Source: a virus
Taxonomy: Duplodnaviria > Caudoviricetes
DNA length: 55,513 nt
Reading direction: 5' to 3' (one strand)
Virus record (IMG/VR): IMGVR_UViG_3300030090_003604
Location: 1-55,513 of that record
Below are positions 17,428 through 25,325 of the stretch, one piece after another. Positions within the stretch are counted from its first letter, which is position 1, and the number at the start of each line of letters is the position of its first letter. Below the pieces are notes generated by a model. That model had not been told where the DNA came from. It ran no database searches and worked only from the letters and a program-made list of their open reading frames with translations. The position numbers were made by a program, and so were the translations under genes.

Positions 17428-17614
17428 AGATGAATTTATTACAAGCATGGAACTTGCTGAACGATGGCGAGTCCATGCAGATACTGTTGAACGATGGAGA
17501 AGGCAGGGCAAACCTCCTTCTTTCTATTCCATCAATGGAAAGATCCTCTATAAGGTGGCTGAGATAGAGGAGCTAGAACTAGCCAAACGTCAAAATTCAC
17601 AATTAACACAATGA
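17405..17614 (+). CDS. Excisionase-like HTH protein
   Basis: ITSMELAERWRV..DTVERWRRQGKPP.F..I.GKILY. Confidence 0.75.
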   Translation: MKMTLDSKDEFITSMELAERWRVHADTVERWRRQGKPPSFYSINGKILYKVAEIEELELAKRQNSQLTQ

Positions 17615-17985
17615 CACTTGAATTACAACTTGCAGTATTTCCTCAGACAGATGAGGATAATAAAAAACTTTTTAAAGAAAAGTACGATGCTAACAAAAAG
17701 TATCCATCACATTCTGGAACAATTAAAGTACCAGTATCCCAGCTACCAGAGTTAGTTAGTTATTTACAAAATGCAAAACCTGACAACGATGGTTACATTG
17801 GAGATTTTGTACCACTTAGAGCTACAGGTTATGTCAATACTCCTAAAAATAATCCAAATGGTAAAAAGTATCTTGCAATGAAGATTACTTCGGACTATAA
17901 CAAACAAAAGGAAATTTACGAAGGAGGAACAACATCTGAAGGTATTGCAGACAAACCAATAGGAGATGACGAAATAGGTTTCTAA
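17611..17985 (+). CDS. Putative ssDNA-binding protein
   Basis: KYP.HSG.I, GKKYL.M; acidic-aromatic tail DDEIGF. Confidence 0.55.
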   Translation: MTLELQLAVFPQTDEDNKKLFKEKYDANKKYPSHSGTIKVPVSQLPELVSYLQNAKPDNDGYIGDFVPLRATGYVNTPKNNPNGKKYLAMKITSDYNKQKEIYEGGTTSEGIADKPIGDDEIGF

Positions 17986-17989
17986 ACTA

Positions 17990-18202
17990 TTGGGGCATGA
18001 TCGCTAGTTTAGGGTAATGGGCTAGTTAACTTGCTGCTCCTTTGTAATCTTATGGCTAATGACTCTGTATGGCCTTTTACAGTAATTTTACAAAGATGAT
18101 ATGAGTTCCCATCGAGGATATTTGAGAGAGTCAAAAGCAGTTTCTGAAAGGTTTTCTGCTTCATATGCTCATTTATAAGCAACCGCATCTGTTAGTCCCC
18201 AA
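17990..18202 (+). ncRNA. Structured RNA with pseudoknot (possibly manA-motif-like)
   Basis: Closing TTGGGG/CCCCAA; CTTTGTAA/TTACAAAG; crossing TGACTCT/AGAGTCA; AAGCAG/CTGCTT; GCTAGTTT/GGGCTAGT. Confidence 0.55.
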
Positions 18203-18212
18203 CTTTTTTATT

Positions 18213-18488
18213 ATGGCAGATTCAACTAAATCAGTTTTAAGATTAAAAAAGCTAAGACAAAATCGATTAGCTTTTCTTAAAAAAAAATTAGATAAAGACA
18301 TACAAAGTTATGATCATATTGTCGAATATCGAGATGATCATACTGTATTACTCAAATCAGATTGGGTTGATGAAAATATAAAAATTATCATCATTAAATA
18401 CAACTACGAGGTCAACAGAACAAAAGCTATGAAAATTAAAGAATTTTATAAATGGGAAAGAAAGGAGGTCAATAATGAAATCCAATAA
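18213..18488 (+). CDS. Hypothetical protein (start revised to MADSTK)
   Basis: ATG right after the structured element. Confidence 0.6.
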   Translation: MADSTKSVLRLKKLRQNRLAFLKKKLDKDIQSYDHIVEYRDDHTVLLKSDWVDENIKIIIIKYNYEVNRTKAMKIKEFYKWERKEVNNEIQ

Positions 18489-18699
18489 TTTTCCTGATAA
18501 AGAATTACTTGATATGACACCCGATATGGAAGGTGTTACAAGACCAAAAAAAGACAGCAAAACTAAGAAATTTACATTTGTTATAAATGGCCCTGGTAAT
18601 GCACCTATGAAATTAACAACATACGCAGAAACAGAAGCTAAAGCTATTAAATATATAAAAGCTAGATGGGGCGATTGTAATTATGAGGTAGTGAAATGA
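18475..18699 (+). CDS. Hypothetical protein
   Basis: AAGGAGG RBS; 74 aa. Confidence 0.65.
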   Translation: MKSNNFPDKELLDMTPDMEGVTRPKKDSKTKKFTFVINGPGNAPMKLTTYAETEAKAIKYIKARWGDCNYEVVK

Positions 18700-18974
18700 A
18701 TTTAGAAGATTTTCCAAAAAATCCATATCCAGGGCAAGTCTTTTGGGATATGAAAAGCAAAATTGTATTTGAATATTGGACACCCGATGAGTTTTGTGAA
18801 AGTGCTGGTTTAAAACCTAAATGGATTACAAAAAGTTTTGAAGCAGAATGTATTGCGATGTTATTTTCAAAAAGAGGAAAAGAAAAATATTTCGCATATA
18901 ACAAATTAATTGATATTTATAAATATACAGATCAGCAGATTAAACTTTTAATGAAAGAAATGAGGATGGAATAA
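18696..18974 (+). CDS. Hypothetical protein
   Basis: FPKNPYPGQVF motif; coupled. Confidence 0.6.
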   Translation: MNLEDFPKNPYPGQVFWDMKSKIVFEYWTPDEFCESAGLKPKWITKSFEAECIAMLFSKRGKEKYFAYNKLIDIYKYTDQQIKLLMKEMRME

Positions 18975-19624
18975 TGAAAAACATAGGATTAGTAGTACCA
19001 CCAAATTTAGGGTGGTTACAAATTGAATTAGATGAGAAAGAAATAAATTATCTTTGGGAATTAGTTAAAAACAAAAAAGATAATACAAAATATAACCTTG
19101 CAGGTCATATAGATTCGAGTTACACAATTGTTGATAAAGGTAATTGGTTTTTTAATAATGTAATTAAATATTGTATTCAAACGTATTCAAAGCATTTTGA
19201 AGATTTGGGAAAAACAGTTCCTATATCAGGAATACATACTTATTATTTGGATCGTCTTTGGGTAAATTTTCAAAAACAAAATGAATTTAATCCTTTACAT
19301 GATCATACTGGTGTTTATAGTTTTGTAATTTGGCTTAAGATTCCAACTTATCACGAAGAGCAAAATAAAAATCCAATTGCGGCTAATGCAAATTCAAAAA
19401 AAATATCACAATTTAATTTTGTTTATACAGATATTTTAGGAAAAATAAATTCTCATGAATACAAAATGAATCCTGATATTGAAGGTACAATGTTATTTTT
19501 TCCGTCAGAATTATTACATGAAGTTTATCCGTTTTACAATTGTTCAGATGACAGGGTATCTATATCTGGAAATGTTTTACTGAAACCAGATTTCATACAA
19601 AATCAATATATAGCAAAACAATGA
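18974..19624 (+). CDS. 2OG-Fe(II) oxygenase family protein
   Basis: WVNFQ..EFNPLHDH.G..SFVIW, FFPS.L.HEVYPF, RVSISGN. Confidence 0.85.
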   Translation: MKNIGLVVPPNLGWLQIELDEKEINYLWELVKNKKDNTKYNLAGHIDSSYTIVDKGNWFFNNVIKYCIQTYSKHFEDLGKTVPISGIHTYYLDRLWVNFQKQNEFNPLHDHTGVYSFVIWLKIPTYHEEQNKNPIAANANSKKISQFNFVYTDILGKINSHEYKMNPDIEGTMLFFPSELLHEVYPFYNCSDDRVSISGNVLLKPDFIQNQYIAKQ

Positions 19625-20115
19625 ATGTAGAAAAACTACAAAAACTTTGGAACTTAGCAACTCGTAATCCAAACGAAAACGAGGCATTAGTTGCTGCTAG
19701 AAAGTTTGTAAGAGCTATAAATAGAGAACAAGTTAGTGTGCATTTATATAAAGGTGCAGCCCCTGCATCGCAAGAACAAATTCAAAGAGCTATAGATAAT
19801 GCATATCAAAAAGGTATTAACGATTTAAAAGCAGATTATCAAAGACAATTAGATAGACATTTGAATGCAAAATATAACGAAGGTTACTTAGATGGACAGC
19901 GAAATGGATATACAGAAGAAGACATGAGAAGACAATATGAAAAAGGTTATTATGCTGGAGAAAAATCTAAGGCTATACAGAAATCAGAACCATCAGATAT
20001 TGTTCAAGATACACAAAGAACACAAACTTTAAGAGCTAATACTTCTACTACAGCAGCACATATACATATAAATAATGGAACAGGTTCAATAAGTTTCAGA
20101 ATAAGTAATTTATAA
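19621..20115 (+). CDS. DUF2786-like N-terminus with GY..G repeats
   Basis: KLQKLWNLA..NPNENEA..A; AYQKG, YNEGYLDG, YEKGYYAG. Confidence 0.55.
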   Translation: MNVEKLQKLWNLATRNPNENEALVAARKFVRAINREQVSVHLYKGAAPASQEQIQRAIDNAYQKGINDLKADYQRQLDRHLNAKYNEGYLDGQRNGYTEEDMRRQYEKGYYAGEKSKAIQKSEPSDIVQDTQRTQTLRANTSTTAAHIHINNGTGSISFRISNL

Positions 20116-20120
20116 AAATC

Positions 20121-20318
20121 TTGTATATCACACATTTAGTCTGCAAAGGACAAATCGGAGTCAACCCGATATATTATGGACTAACAGCAAAATTTAGACC
20201 TTGGTATTTCGATGGAAAAAAAGTTTATGCGGGTAGATTATATGAGACAAAATCAGAAGCAGAAAAAGCAGCAACAAGACTTAGGGCAGATTGTATGTTG
20301 CGGAGTTCATGTCTTTAG
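20121..20318 (+). CDS. Hypothetical protein
   Basis: PWYFDGKKVY.G..YETKSEAEKAA pattern. Confidence 0.5.
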   Translation: MYITHLVCKGQIGVNPIYYGLTAKFRPWYFDGKKVYAGRLYETKSEAEKAATRLRADCMLRSSCL

Positions 20319-20391
20319 AGTTATAAATGGTACAAGATATTGGATTAGCACCCCACCTAATGGCTACGAAGATAAAATTTGGAGTAGGTAA
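20242..20391 (+). CDS. Small hypothetical protein (49 aa, not in ORF track)
   Basis: Hand translation MRQNQKQKKQQQDLGQIVCCG...KIWSR*; TAATG coupling to 20391. Confidence 0.45.
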   Translation: MRQNQKQKKQQQDLGQIVCCGVHVFRVINGTRYWISTPPNGYEDKIWSR

Positions 20392-20705
20392 TGGCATCTC
20401 TTAGGTATCATGCTGGACGCATGGTGCTTTATGAGAAAACACCACAAGAATGGCGAGTAAAAATAAAATCAAAGACAGGCAAAGTTGATTTAGCACTAAG
20501 TGCTAAAGAACTTGAACCAGCTATTATAGAAGCTGAATATTTGTATGCAGATATAAGAGCTATAAATAGAGGTTTACCTAAATGTATTGATTGCATTCAT
20601 CATCTAGTAATAAAAGCAGAATGCGGATTAAGTTTACCAGAAGGAAAAGCTAGTGGAGGGGTTTGGGCGAAAGATTGTCCTTATTTTTGGGAGAGGAAGA
20701 TTTAG
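20391..20705 (+). CDS. Hypothetical protein with Cys-rich C-terminus
   Basis: CIDCIH...C...CPYF. Confidence 0.65.
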   Translation: MASLRYHAGRMVLYEKTPQEWRVKIKSKTGKVDLALSAKELEPAIIEAEYLYADIRAINRGLPKCIDCIHHLVIKAECGLSLPEGKASGGVWAKDCPYFWERKI

Positions 20706-20967
20706 AATTTATTTTGTCAATATGATCTCCAGCTTGATTTATTATTTTTGTTAATCTAAAATTTTCCATTGCAAAAGCACTTATGAGGTCAGGTATATCA
20801 TCAGGATCTATATAATTAAAAACTTCTCTTAAAATTAATTCTACTTGAAACTCTTCTTCCATAGTTACACTTGCAAAAACCCAAGGTTCAATTTTTCGCC
20901 TTTTTTTTGCTTGTTTATTAAACCAACCAGACCAAGGCATTTCGAGTTTCATTAAAGTGTCCTCCAC
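20650..20967 (-). CDS. Hypothetical protein
   Basis: Helical ORF, EPW...T.EEEF.VE; start uncertain. Confidence 0.55.
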   Translation of the reverse strand: MEDTLMKLEMPWSGWFNKQAKKRRKIEPWVFASVTMEEEFQVELILREVFNYIDPDDIPDLISAFAMENFRLTKIINQAGDHIDKINSKSSSPKNKDNLSPKPLH

Positions 20968-20996
20968 CCTAACAATAACCTTTTATTCATAAAAGT

Positions 20997-21194
20997 CTAG
21001 TTATTCCTTATATACTGTGCTTTTTTATCTTCTATTGTTTGTTCTGGATATTGAATTGTATGCCAAACGTGTTCACATTTAAAACACAATCTTCTTCTAA
21101 TAATTATATGTTGCGAGTTTCTATCAGATTGAATTACTTTTTGTCTTGAAAGAGTATTGCAATTTGGACAGGTTACAAAATTTAATCTGTGCAT
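20997..21194 (-). CDS. NrdR-like Zn-ribbon protein (stand-alone)
   Basis: CPNC...KVIQS.R....I.RRRLCFKCEHVWHT; no ATP cone. Confidence 0.7.
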   Translation of the reverse strand: MHRLNFVTCPNCNTLSRQKVIQSDRNSQHIIIRRRLCFKCEHVWHTIQYPEQTIEDKKAQYIRNN

Positions 21195-21248
21195 CTGTAG
21201 ATTTGTATGGTTTTTTATTTTAATATATAAATAGCTACAAAAAAAGTT

Positions 21249-21311
21249 ATGCCTGGACACTATGGAACAGGAATGAAAAAGAAAAAGAAAAAGAAAGGCG
21301 GTAAAAAATAA
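21249..21311 (+). CDS. 20-aa poly-Lys peptide (not in ORF track)
   Basis: MPGHYGTGMKKKKKKKGGKK*; alternating AAA/AAG codons; stop abuts a convergent gene. Confidence 0.55.
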   Translation: MPGHYGTGMKKKKKKKGGKK

Positions 21312-21473
21312 TTACCTACCTGGAAACAAAGCTTTTTCTAACATATCGCACAATTGATCATCTATTGTGTTGTCAGTTTTTTTAACCATAGCTCGTACTA
21401 TATCTAGTGCGAGTTTTTTTAATGCTTTTCCTCTTAAAAAGGTAAACAGAATTGGCTCAATAATTTTTAGCAT
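21312..21473 (-). CDS. Small hypothetical protein (53 aa, not in ORF track)
   Basis: Hand translation MLKIIEPILFTFL...KKTDNTIDDQL...FPGR*. Confidence 0.65.
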   Translation of the reverse strand: MLKIIEPILFTFLRGKALKKLALDIVRAMVKKTDNTIDDQLCDMLEKALFPGR

Positions 21474-21501
21474 TGTTTGTAGTAAATTGCTAACTTAATA
21501 G

Positions 21502-21560
21502 TAGCTCATTCCCTACATCTGAGCTAAACCTCTCTTATTGGTGGTCTGTGAGAGAGGTTT
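21502..21560. terminator. Twin hairpins between membrane-protein genes
   Basis: TAGCTCA/TGAGCTA and AAACCTCTCT/AGAGAGGTTT stems. Confidence 0.4.
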
Positions 21561-21789
21561 ATCTTTTTGGTCTAATTTCTGCAACGGCAATATCTAACGA
21601 ATTAAGCCTTCCATAAATATCTCTCATATCAGAGTGCATATCATCCATTTTTTCAGAAATTAATTCTACTTTAGTGAGAAGGCTAACTACATCTTCTCTA
21701 TTTTTTTTACCTCTATAGCTAAGTGAACCAGCAGATACAAAAATTGCTGTAAGAACTGCACCTCCTGTTGCTGCTAGTAATTCAACCAC
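21559..21789 (-). CDS. Holin-like TM + coiled-coil protein (likely GTG start)
   Basis: ELLAATGGAVLTAIFVSAG then heptads ending RLNSLDIAVAEI. Confidence 0.45.
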   Translation of the reverse strand: MVELLAATGGAVLTAIFVSAGSLSYRGKKNREDVVSLLTKVELISEKMDDMHSDMRDIYGRLNSLDIAVAEIRPKR

Positions 21790-21816
21790 TTTACTTAATC
21801 TGTTTTTATGTATATT

Positions 21817-22386
21817 ATGACAGAAATAATAAACCTTGTGTACCAACTATTTGCAACACCTTTTTTTGCTTGTGAAAATTGCAATTTAGATATAAAAAAA
21901 CTGGAGAAAGAATGTTTAGATTTTATGAGCAAAACTCCCTCGGCTGACTTTTCAAATGTTGGTGGATATCAAGGGCAAGATTTTGAAAATGATGATTTAT
22001 TTGAATTTATTAAAAATAATTTACCAGCAGATGAAAATAAACCTATAAAACAATTTAGAATAGCAAGCTGGGTAAATGTAAACAAACAAGATAATTACAA
22101 TAGTAGACACCATCACGATCCTCATGCTGGTACTTTTTTAAGTGGTGTTTTTTATGTAAAATGTCCTCCTGATTGTGGAGCAATAAGATTTTACGATCCT
22201 AGACCACATATAGATACAGCACCTGATATGCAGTATTTTTATGACTCAAAAACCCACTTCAAAATATTCCCACAAGAAAATATGTTGCTAATGTTTCCAA
22301 GTTGGTTAGAACATGACGTAGAACCTAATAAATCAAAAGAAGAAAGAATTGCAATATCATTTAATATTCTTGATATAGAATATTAA
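21817..22386 (+). CDS. 2OG-Fe(II) oxygenase (TIGR02466-like)
   Basis: LFATP, SNVGGYQ, WVNVN, HHH, LSGVFYV, FYDPRP, FPSWLEHDV.PN, RIAISFN. Confidence 0.88.
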   Translation: MTEIINLVYQLFATPFFACENCNLDIKKLEKECLDFMSKTPSADFSNVGGYQGQDFENDDLFEFIKNNLPADENKPIKQFRIASWVNVNKQDNYNSRHHHDPHAGTFLSGVFYVKCPPDCGAIRFYDPRPHIDTAPDMQYFYDSKTHFKIFPQENMLLMFPSWLEHDVEPNKSKEERIAISFNILDIEY

Positions 22387-22413
22387 TAGATATAACTATA
22401 AAAAAAAATTATT

Positions 22414-22773
22414 ATGACTACTGAAAAGCCAAAGAATGTCATACAAAAGCTTAAAGAAGGCTTAGATGATAAAGAAGAGCAATTAGCTATTATTAGTCTT
22501 TTTGTTCGTTTGGGGGTTGTTGTTTGGAGTGGTTTTATAGTGACTCTAAACTACATAACAATACCTGGCTATAGCTCAGAGCCAAAAGATATCACGTTCC
22601 CAGCCTCGCTTCTAACTGGCGCACTTGCAACATTCGGTTTGGAGGGATCGAAAAAAGGTAGTAAAAAAGACGGCAAACTTGCCGAGAGCGAAGGTATGGT
22701 GCAAACTATAAGGGTAATAACACCTATAAAAATTGAAGGTGCTGAAGTAATTGACCCCAAACCAAAAGCATGA
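22414..22773 (+). CDS. Two-TM membrane protein, cyanophage type
   Basis: FVRLGVVVWSGFIVTLNY; DITFPASLLTGALATFG. Confidence 0.75.
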   Translation: MTTEKPKNVIQKLKEGLDDKEEQLAIISLFVRLGVVVWSGFIVTLNYITIPGYSSEPKDITFPASLLTGALATFGLEGSKKGSKKDGKLAESEGMVQTIRVITPIKIEGAEVIDPKPKA

Positions 22774-23249
22774 AAAGACTACTACCGTTTTTATTTTTAA
22801 TGTCAGCCCCCTCATATGCTGACATCACTTCGCAAATATCTTCAAGTATCAAGTTGGAGGTAGCTGCTCCAGGTACTACAGCGGATCGGATTGGAAATTC
22901 TTACTCTGTTTCTGGAACAGGAGTTACTACAACAGATGGGACAACTGCTGGAAGTCTTGGAGGATTAGGTGCAGCAACTAATGGGGTCAATGCTTATACA
23001 CCAATTACAGCATCTCAGCTTACAGATGGCGAGAGCTTCACATACACAGTTTCACACACTACTGGAGATACAATTGCAACATCTCTAACAGTTGGCGAAG
23101 TTAGTCCTTTTGGAGATTTGACCAGTACTTCGGGAGGTACAGCAACAAACCTAGCTGGTACTGTGGATAATCATGTTATTTCGGTAACAGCAGGGTCGGC
23201 TGGTACTACGGCAACAGCCTCTTATGTTACTTCTGTAACCGTGGATTAA
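22770..23249 (+). CDS. Secreted Thr/Gly/Ser-rich beta protein
   Basis: Signal peptide MKRLLPFLFLMSAPSYA; RIGNSYSVSG. Confidence 0.75.
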   Translation: MKRLLPFLFLMSAPSYADITSQISSSIKLEVAAPGTTADRIGNSYSVSGTGVTTTDGTTAGSLGGLGAATNGVNAYTPITASQLTDGESFTYTVSHTTGDTIATSLTVGEVSPFGDLTSTSGGTATNLAGTVDNHVISVTAGSAGTTATASYVTSVTVD

Positions 23250-23259
23250 GATATGAGCT

Positions 23260-23682
23260 ATGCGGAAGCTTTTATTACTGTTTTTTATATATGCTTTACC
23301 AGCTAACGCAAACATTGTTCCTAATTTTACAACTGGGACTATGTCCAGCACGACTAATACACAAACTACAATTACAGAATCGATTACAAGTAAGGATTAT
23401 AAAACTGGATATGAATATACAGTTACAGGTACAGGAATTAGTGCAGATGGCGATATTTCCCCAGACGCAGTTAATGTTACAGGAACGGTAGGAGGACAGA
23501 GTTATACATGGAAAGGGGCAGATTTAACAACAAAACCAAATTGGACGTTGACAAATCCTACATCAGGAGATGCCTTTCAATTTACAGAAACATATTCAGC
23601 GCCAGGTCTTCAGAACGTCACAACCATAAATCGCACCATAGAAACGGAATCGGTCGTAACTTCTACATCTGTCTTTCAATAG
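23260..23682 (+). CDS. Secreted Thr-rich protein
   Basis: Signal peptide MRKLLLLFFIYALPANA; VPNFTTG.M.S; AFQFTETYSAPGL. Confidence 0.75.
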   Translation: MRKLLLLFFIYALPANANIVPNFTTGTMSSTTNTQTTITESITSKDYKTGYEYTVTGTGISADGDISPDAVNVTGTVGGQSYTWKGADLTTKPNWTLTNPTSGDAFQFTETYSAPGLQNVTTINRTIETESVVTSTSVFQ

Positions 23683-24320
23683 CCCTGTTACCAACAGGAG
23701 TTTTAGCTAATTCTGTTAGTCAATCAAATTCTGGAAGTGTAACTAATCAAAACTGGAATGTTAATAATTCTGGATTCCATACCAACCAGTATGGAGGCGG
23801 TGTTGTTTGCCAAGGAGCAATGATGACTATTACTCCTTTTACTACATTCAATACAAATTACAGAAAACCATATCGAGATTACTATTACACACCTGTTTAT
23901 GACGAAACTGATATTGAGGGTGACTTTGATGAAGATGGTAACCCTATAGGAGATGGTACACCTGATCGACCAGGGCAAATTTTGTATTACGCTCAAAACT
24001 ATAGCGGTACGAACAAGGATAGTTTTGCACTTGGAACAGGAATTACGTTAAATTTCAGTATTCCATTAGACAGACAATATACAAAAAGATGCAAAGAGGC
24101 TGCTCAAGTACAAAATGATATAAACAAACAAAAGCTTAAGAATTTAGAACTTGACTGGCACATGGCAAGATTACGTCATTGTGGTGAGAAAAAAATTGCT
24201 GGTATAGAATTCACAGAAGATAGTCCTTACTACGATTTATGCAGCGATATTCGAATTAGACCTATTAAGAATCAAGTCTTGCCCCATAATCATAAAATTA
24301 ACTTAAAAACACAAAACTAG
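23508..24320 (+). CDS. Secreted/outer-membrane-like protein (start unresolved)
   Basis: Signal-like FYICLSIALLPTGVLA; YGGGVVCQG; GITLNFSIPLD; ARLRHCG. Confidence 0.7.
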   Translation: MERGRFNNKTKLDVDKSYIRRCLSIYRNIFSARSSERHNHKSHHRNGIGRNFYICLSIALLPTGVLANSVSQSNSGSVTNQNWNVNNSGFHTNQYGGGVVCQGAMMTITPFTTFNTNYRKPYRDYYYTPVYDETDIEGDFDEDGNPIGDGTPDRPGQILYYAQNYSGTNKDSFALGTGITLNFSIPLDRQYTKRCKEAAQVQNDINKQKLKNLELDWHMARLRHCGEKKIAGIEFTEDSPYYDLCSDIRIRPIKNQVLPHNHKINLKTQN

Positions 24321-24946
24321 TTCTTTTTTTTCTTCGATAATTTAGAAACGGCTTGCTTAACAATAGGTTTTACCAATTGCAAAACTAAAGGTGCTGATGC
24401 CCCAACGAGTGCTAACGAAAATACTCCAACAAACTGTGGTGCAGATGGAATATATCTATCACGGAATGGTACAGATGCATATTCTGTTATGCATTCTGTT
24501 CCATCTAAACGATGCGAGACAACTATCTCTAATTTTTTAGAATTTCTATAATCACCTACGCGCTGATCTTTTGAGCCAGGGCATTCTGGAATTACTATTT
24601 TTTTCTTTTCTTTTGGTATGTTGGGAGTAGTTGTTGGAGCTTCTAAAGTCTCATTTGTTTCTACTCTTTTTTCTTGTTCTTTAGACTCTACAATTTCAAT
24701 TCTTCTTCTGTCATATAACATTGGTTGGAATGATGGCATTGACCCATACGGACACAAAATAGTAGTGCCTCGTGGGTCATCATCATATAATGCTGTGTTT
24801 TTTGGCGAAGCATCTCGATGATATCTAACACAACCAGGTAATTTAATAGAAGGTGGTGGTACATTTAAAACTTGAAATGGAATATGAGTTGGTATATCTA
24901 TTTTTGGTATTTGTATATTAGGAATTGATATATCAGGTATCTCCAT
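24317..24946 (-). CDS. Pro-rich protein with C-terminal membrane anchor
   Basis: IP.I.IP repeats, LPGCVRYH, ECPG, C-terminal TM plus Lys tail; TGATG coupling. Confidence 0.7.
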   Translation of the reverse strand: MEIPDISIPNIQIPKIDIPTHIPFQVLNVPPPSIKLPGCVRYHRDASPKNTALYDDDPRGTTILCPYGSMPSFQPMLYDRRRIEIVESKEQEKRVETNETLEAPTTTPNIPKEKKKIVIPECPGSKDQRVGDYRNSKKLEIVVSHRLDGTECITEYASVPFRDRYIPSAPQFVGVFSLALVGASAPLVLQLVKPIVKQAVSKLSKKKKN

Positions 24947-25107
24947 CAATCAAAAGCATCTCTTTTTTTTAAAACTTCTACTTCTGCAAAACATCTAGGA
25001 CAATTTAATTGTGTTCTTACTGAAAACTCTGGATATAAAGGCATTGATTCATCAATATCTATATCTCCTCCTATTATTAACTCTGTATCACACCAATAAC
25101 AATTCAT
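24946..25107 (-). CDS. Small Zn-finger protein (53 aa, not in ORF track)
   Basis: Hand translation MNCYWCDTELIIGGD...LNCPRCFAEVEV...; coupled on both sides. Confidence 0.7.
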   Translation of the reverse strand: MNCYWCDTELIIGGDIDIDESMPLYPEFSVRTQLNCPRCFAEVEVLKKRDAFD

Positions 25108-25325
25108 TTTTTAAATGGTATAGGTATTGATTGACCAGTTGTATTTGGTAATGCATTGTCAAGAACTTTTGGCATAAGTCCTTGTACATTTTCAAGCACT
25201 TGATTCATCATCTTGGCCTTAAATTGTTCGCTAGTGACGTACTTAAATGTGAAGAATCCACCCCCTAAAATTCCTATCATAAGAATCCCAGTTACGATGG
25301 TAATAATGTCTAAAATCTTTCTCAT
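25104..25325 (-). CDS. Small membrane protein
   Basis: N-terminal TM; LPNTTGQSIP tail. Confidence 0.7.
   Translation of the reverse strand: MRKILDIITIVTGILMIGILGGGFFTFKYVTSEQFKAKMMNQVLENVQGLMPKVLDNALPNTTGQSIPIPFKK

Noticed and set aside
17405-17614. Integration module (xis/int/attP)
   Set aside because: Only an excisionase-like HTH; no tyrosine or serine recombinase motifs and no tRNA-like attP seen
17990-18202. tRNA, tmRNA or group I intron
   Set aside because: No T-loop GTTCRA cloverleaf, and the flanking ORFs are not halves of one gene
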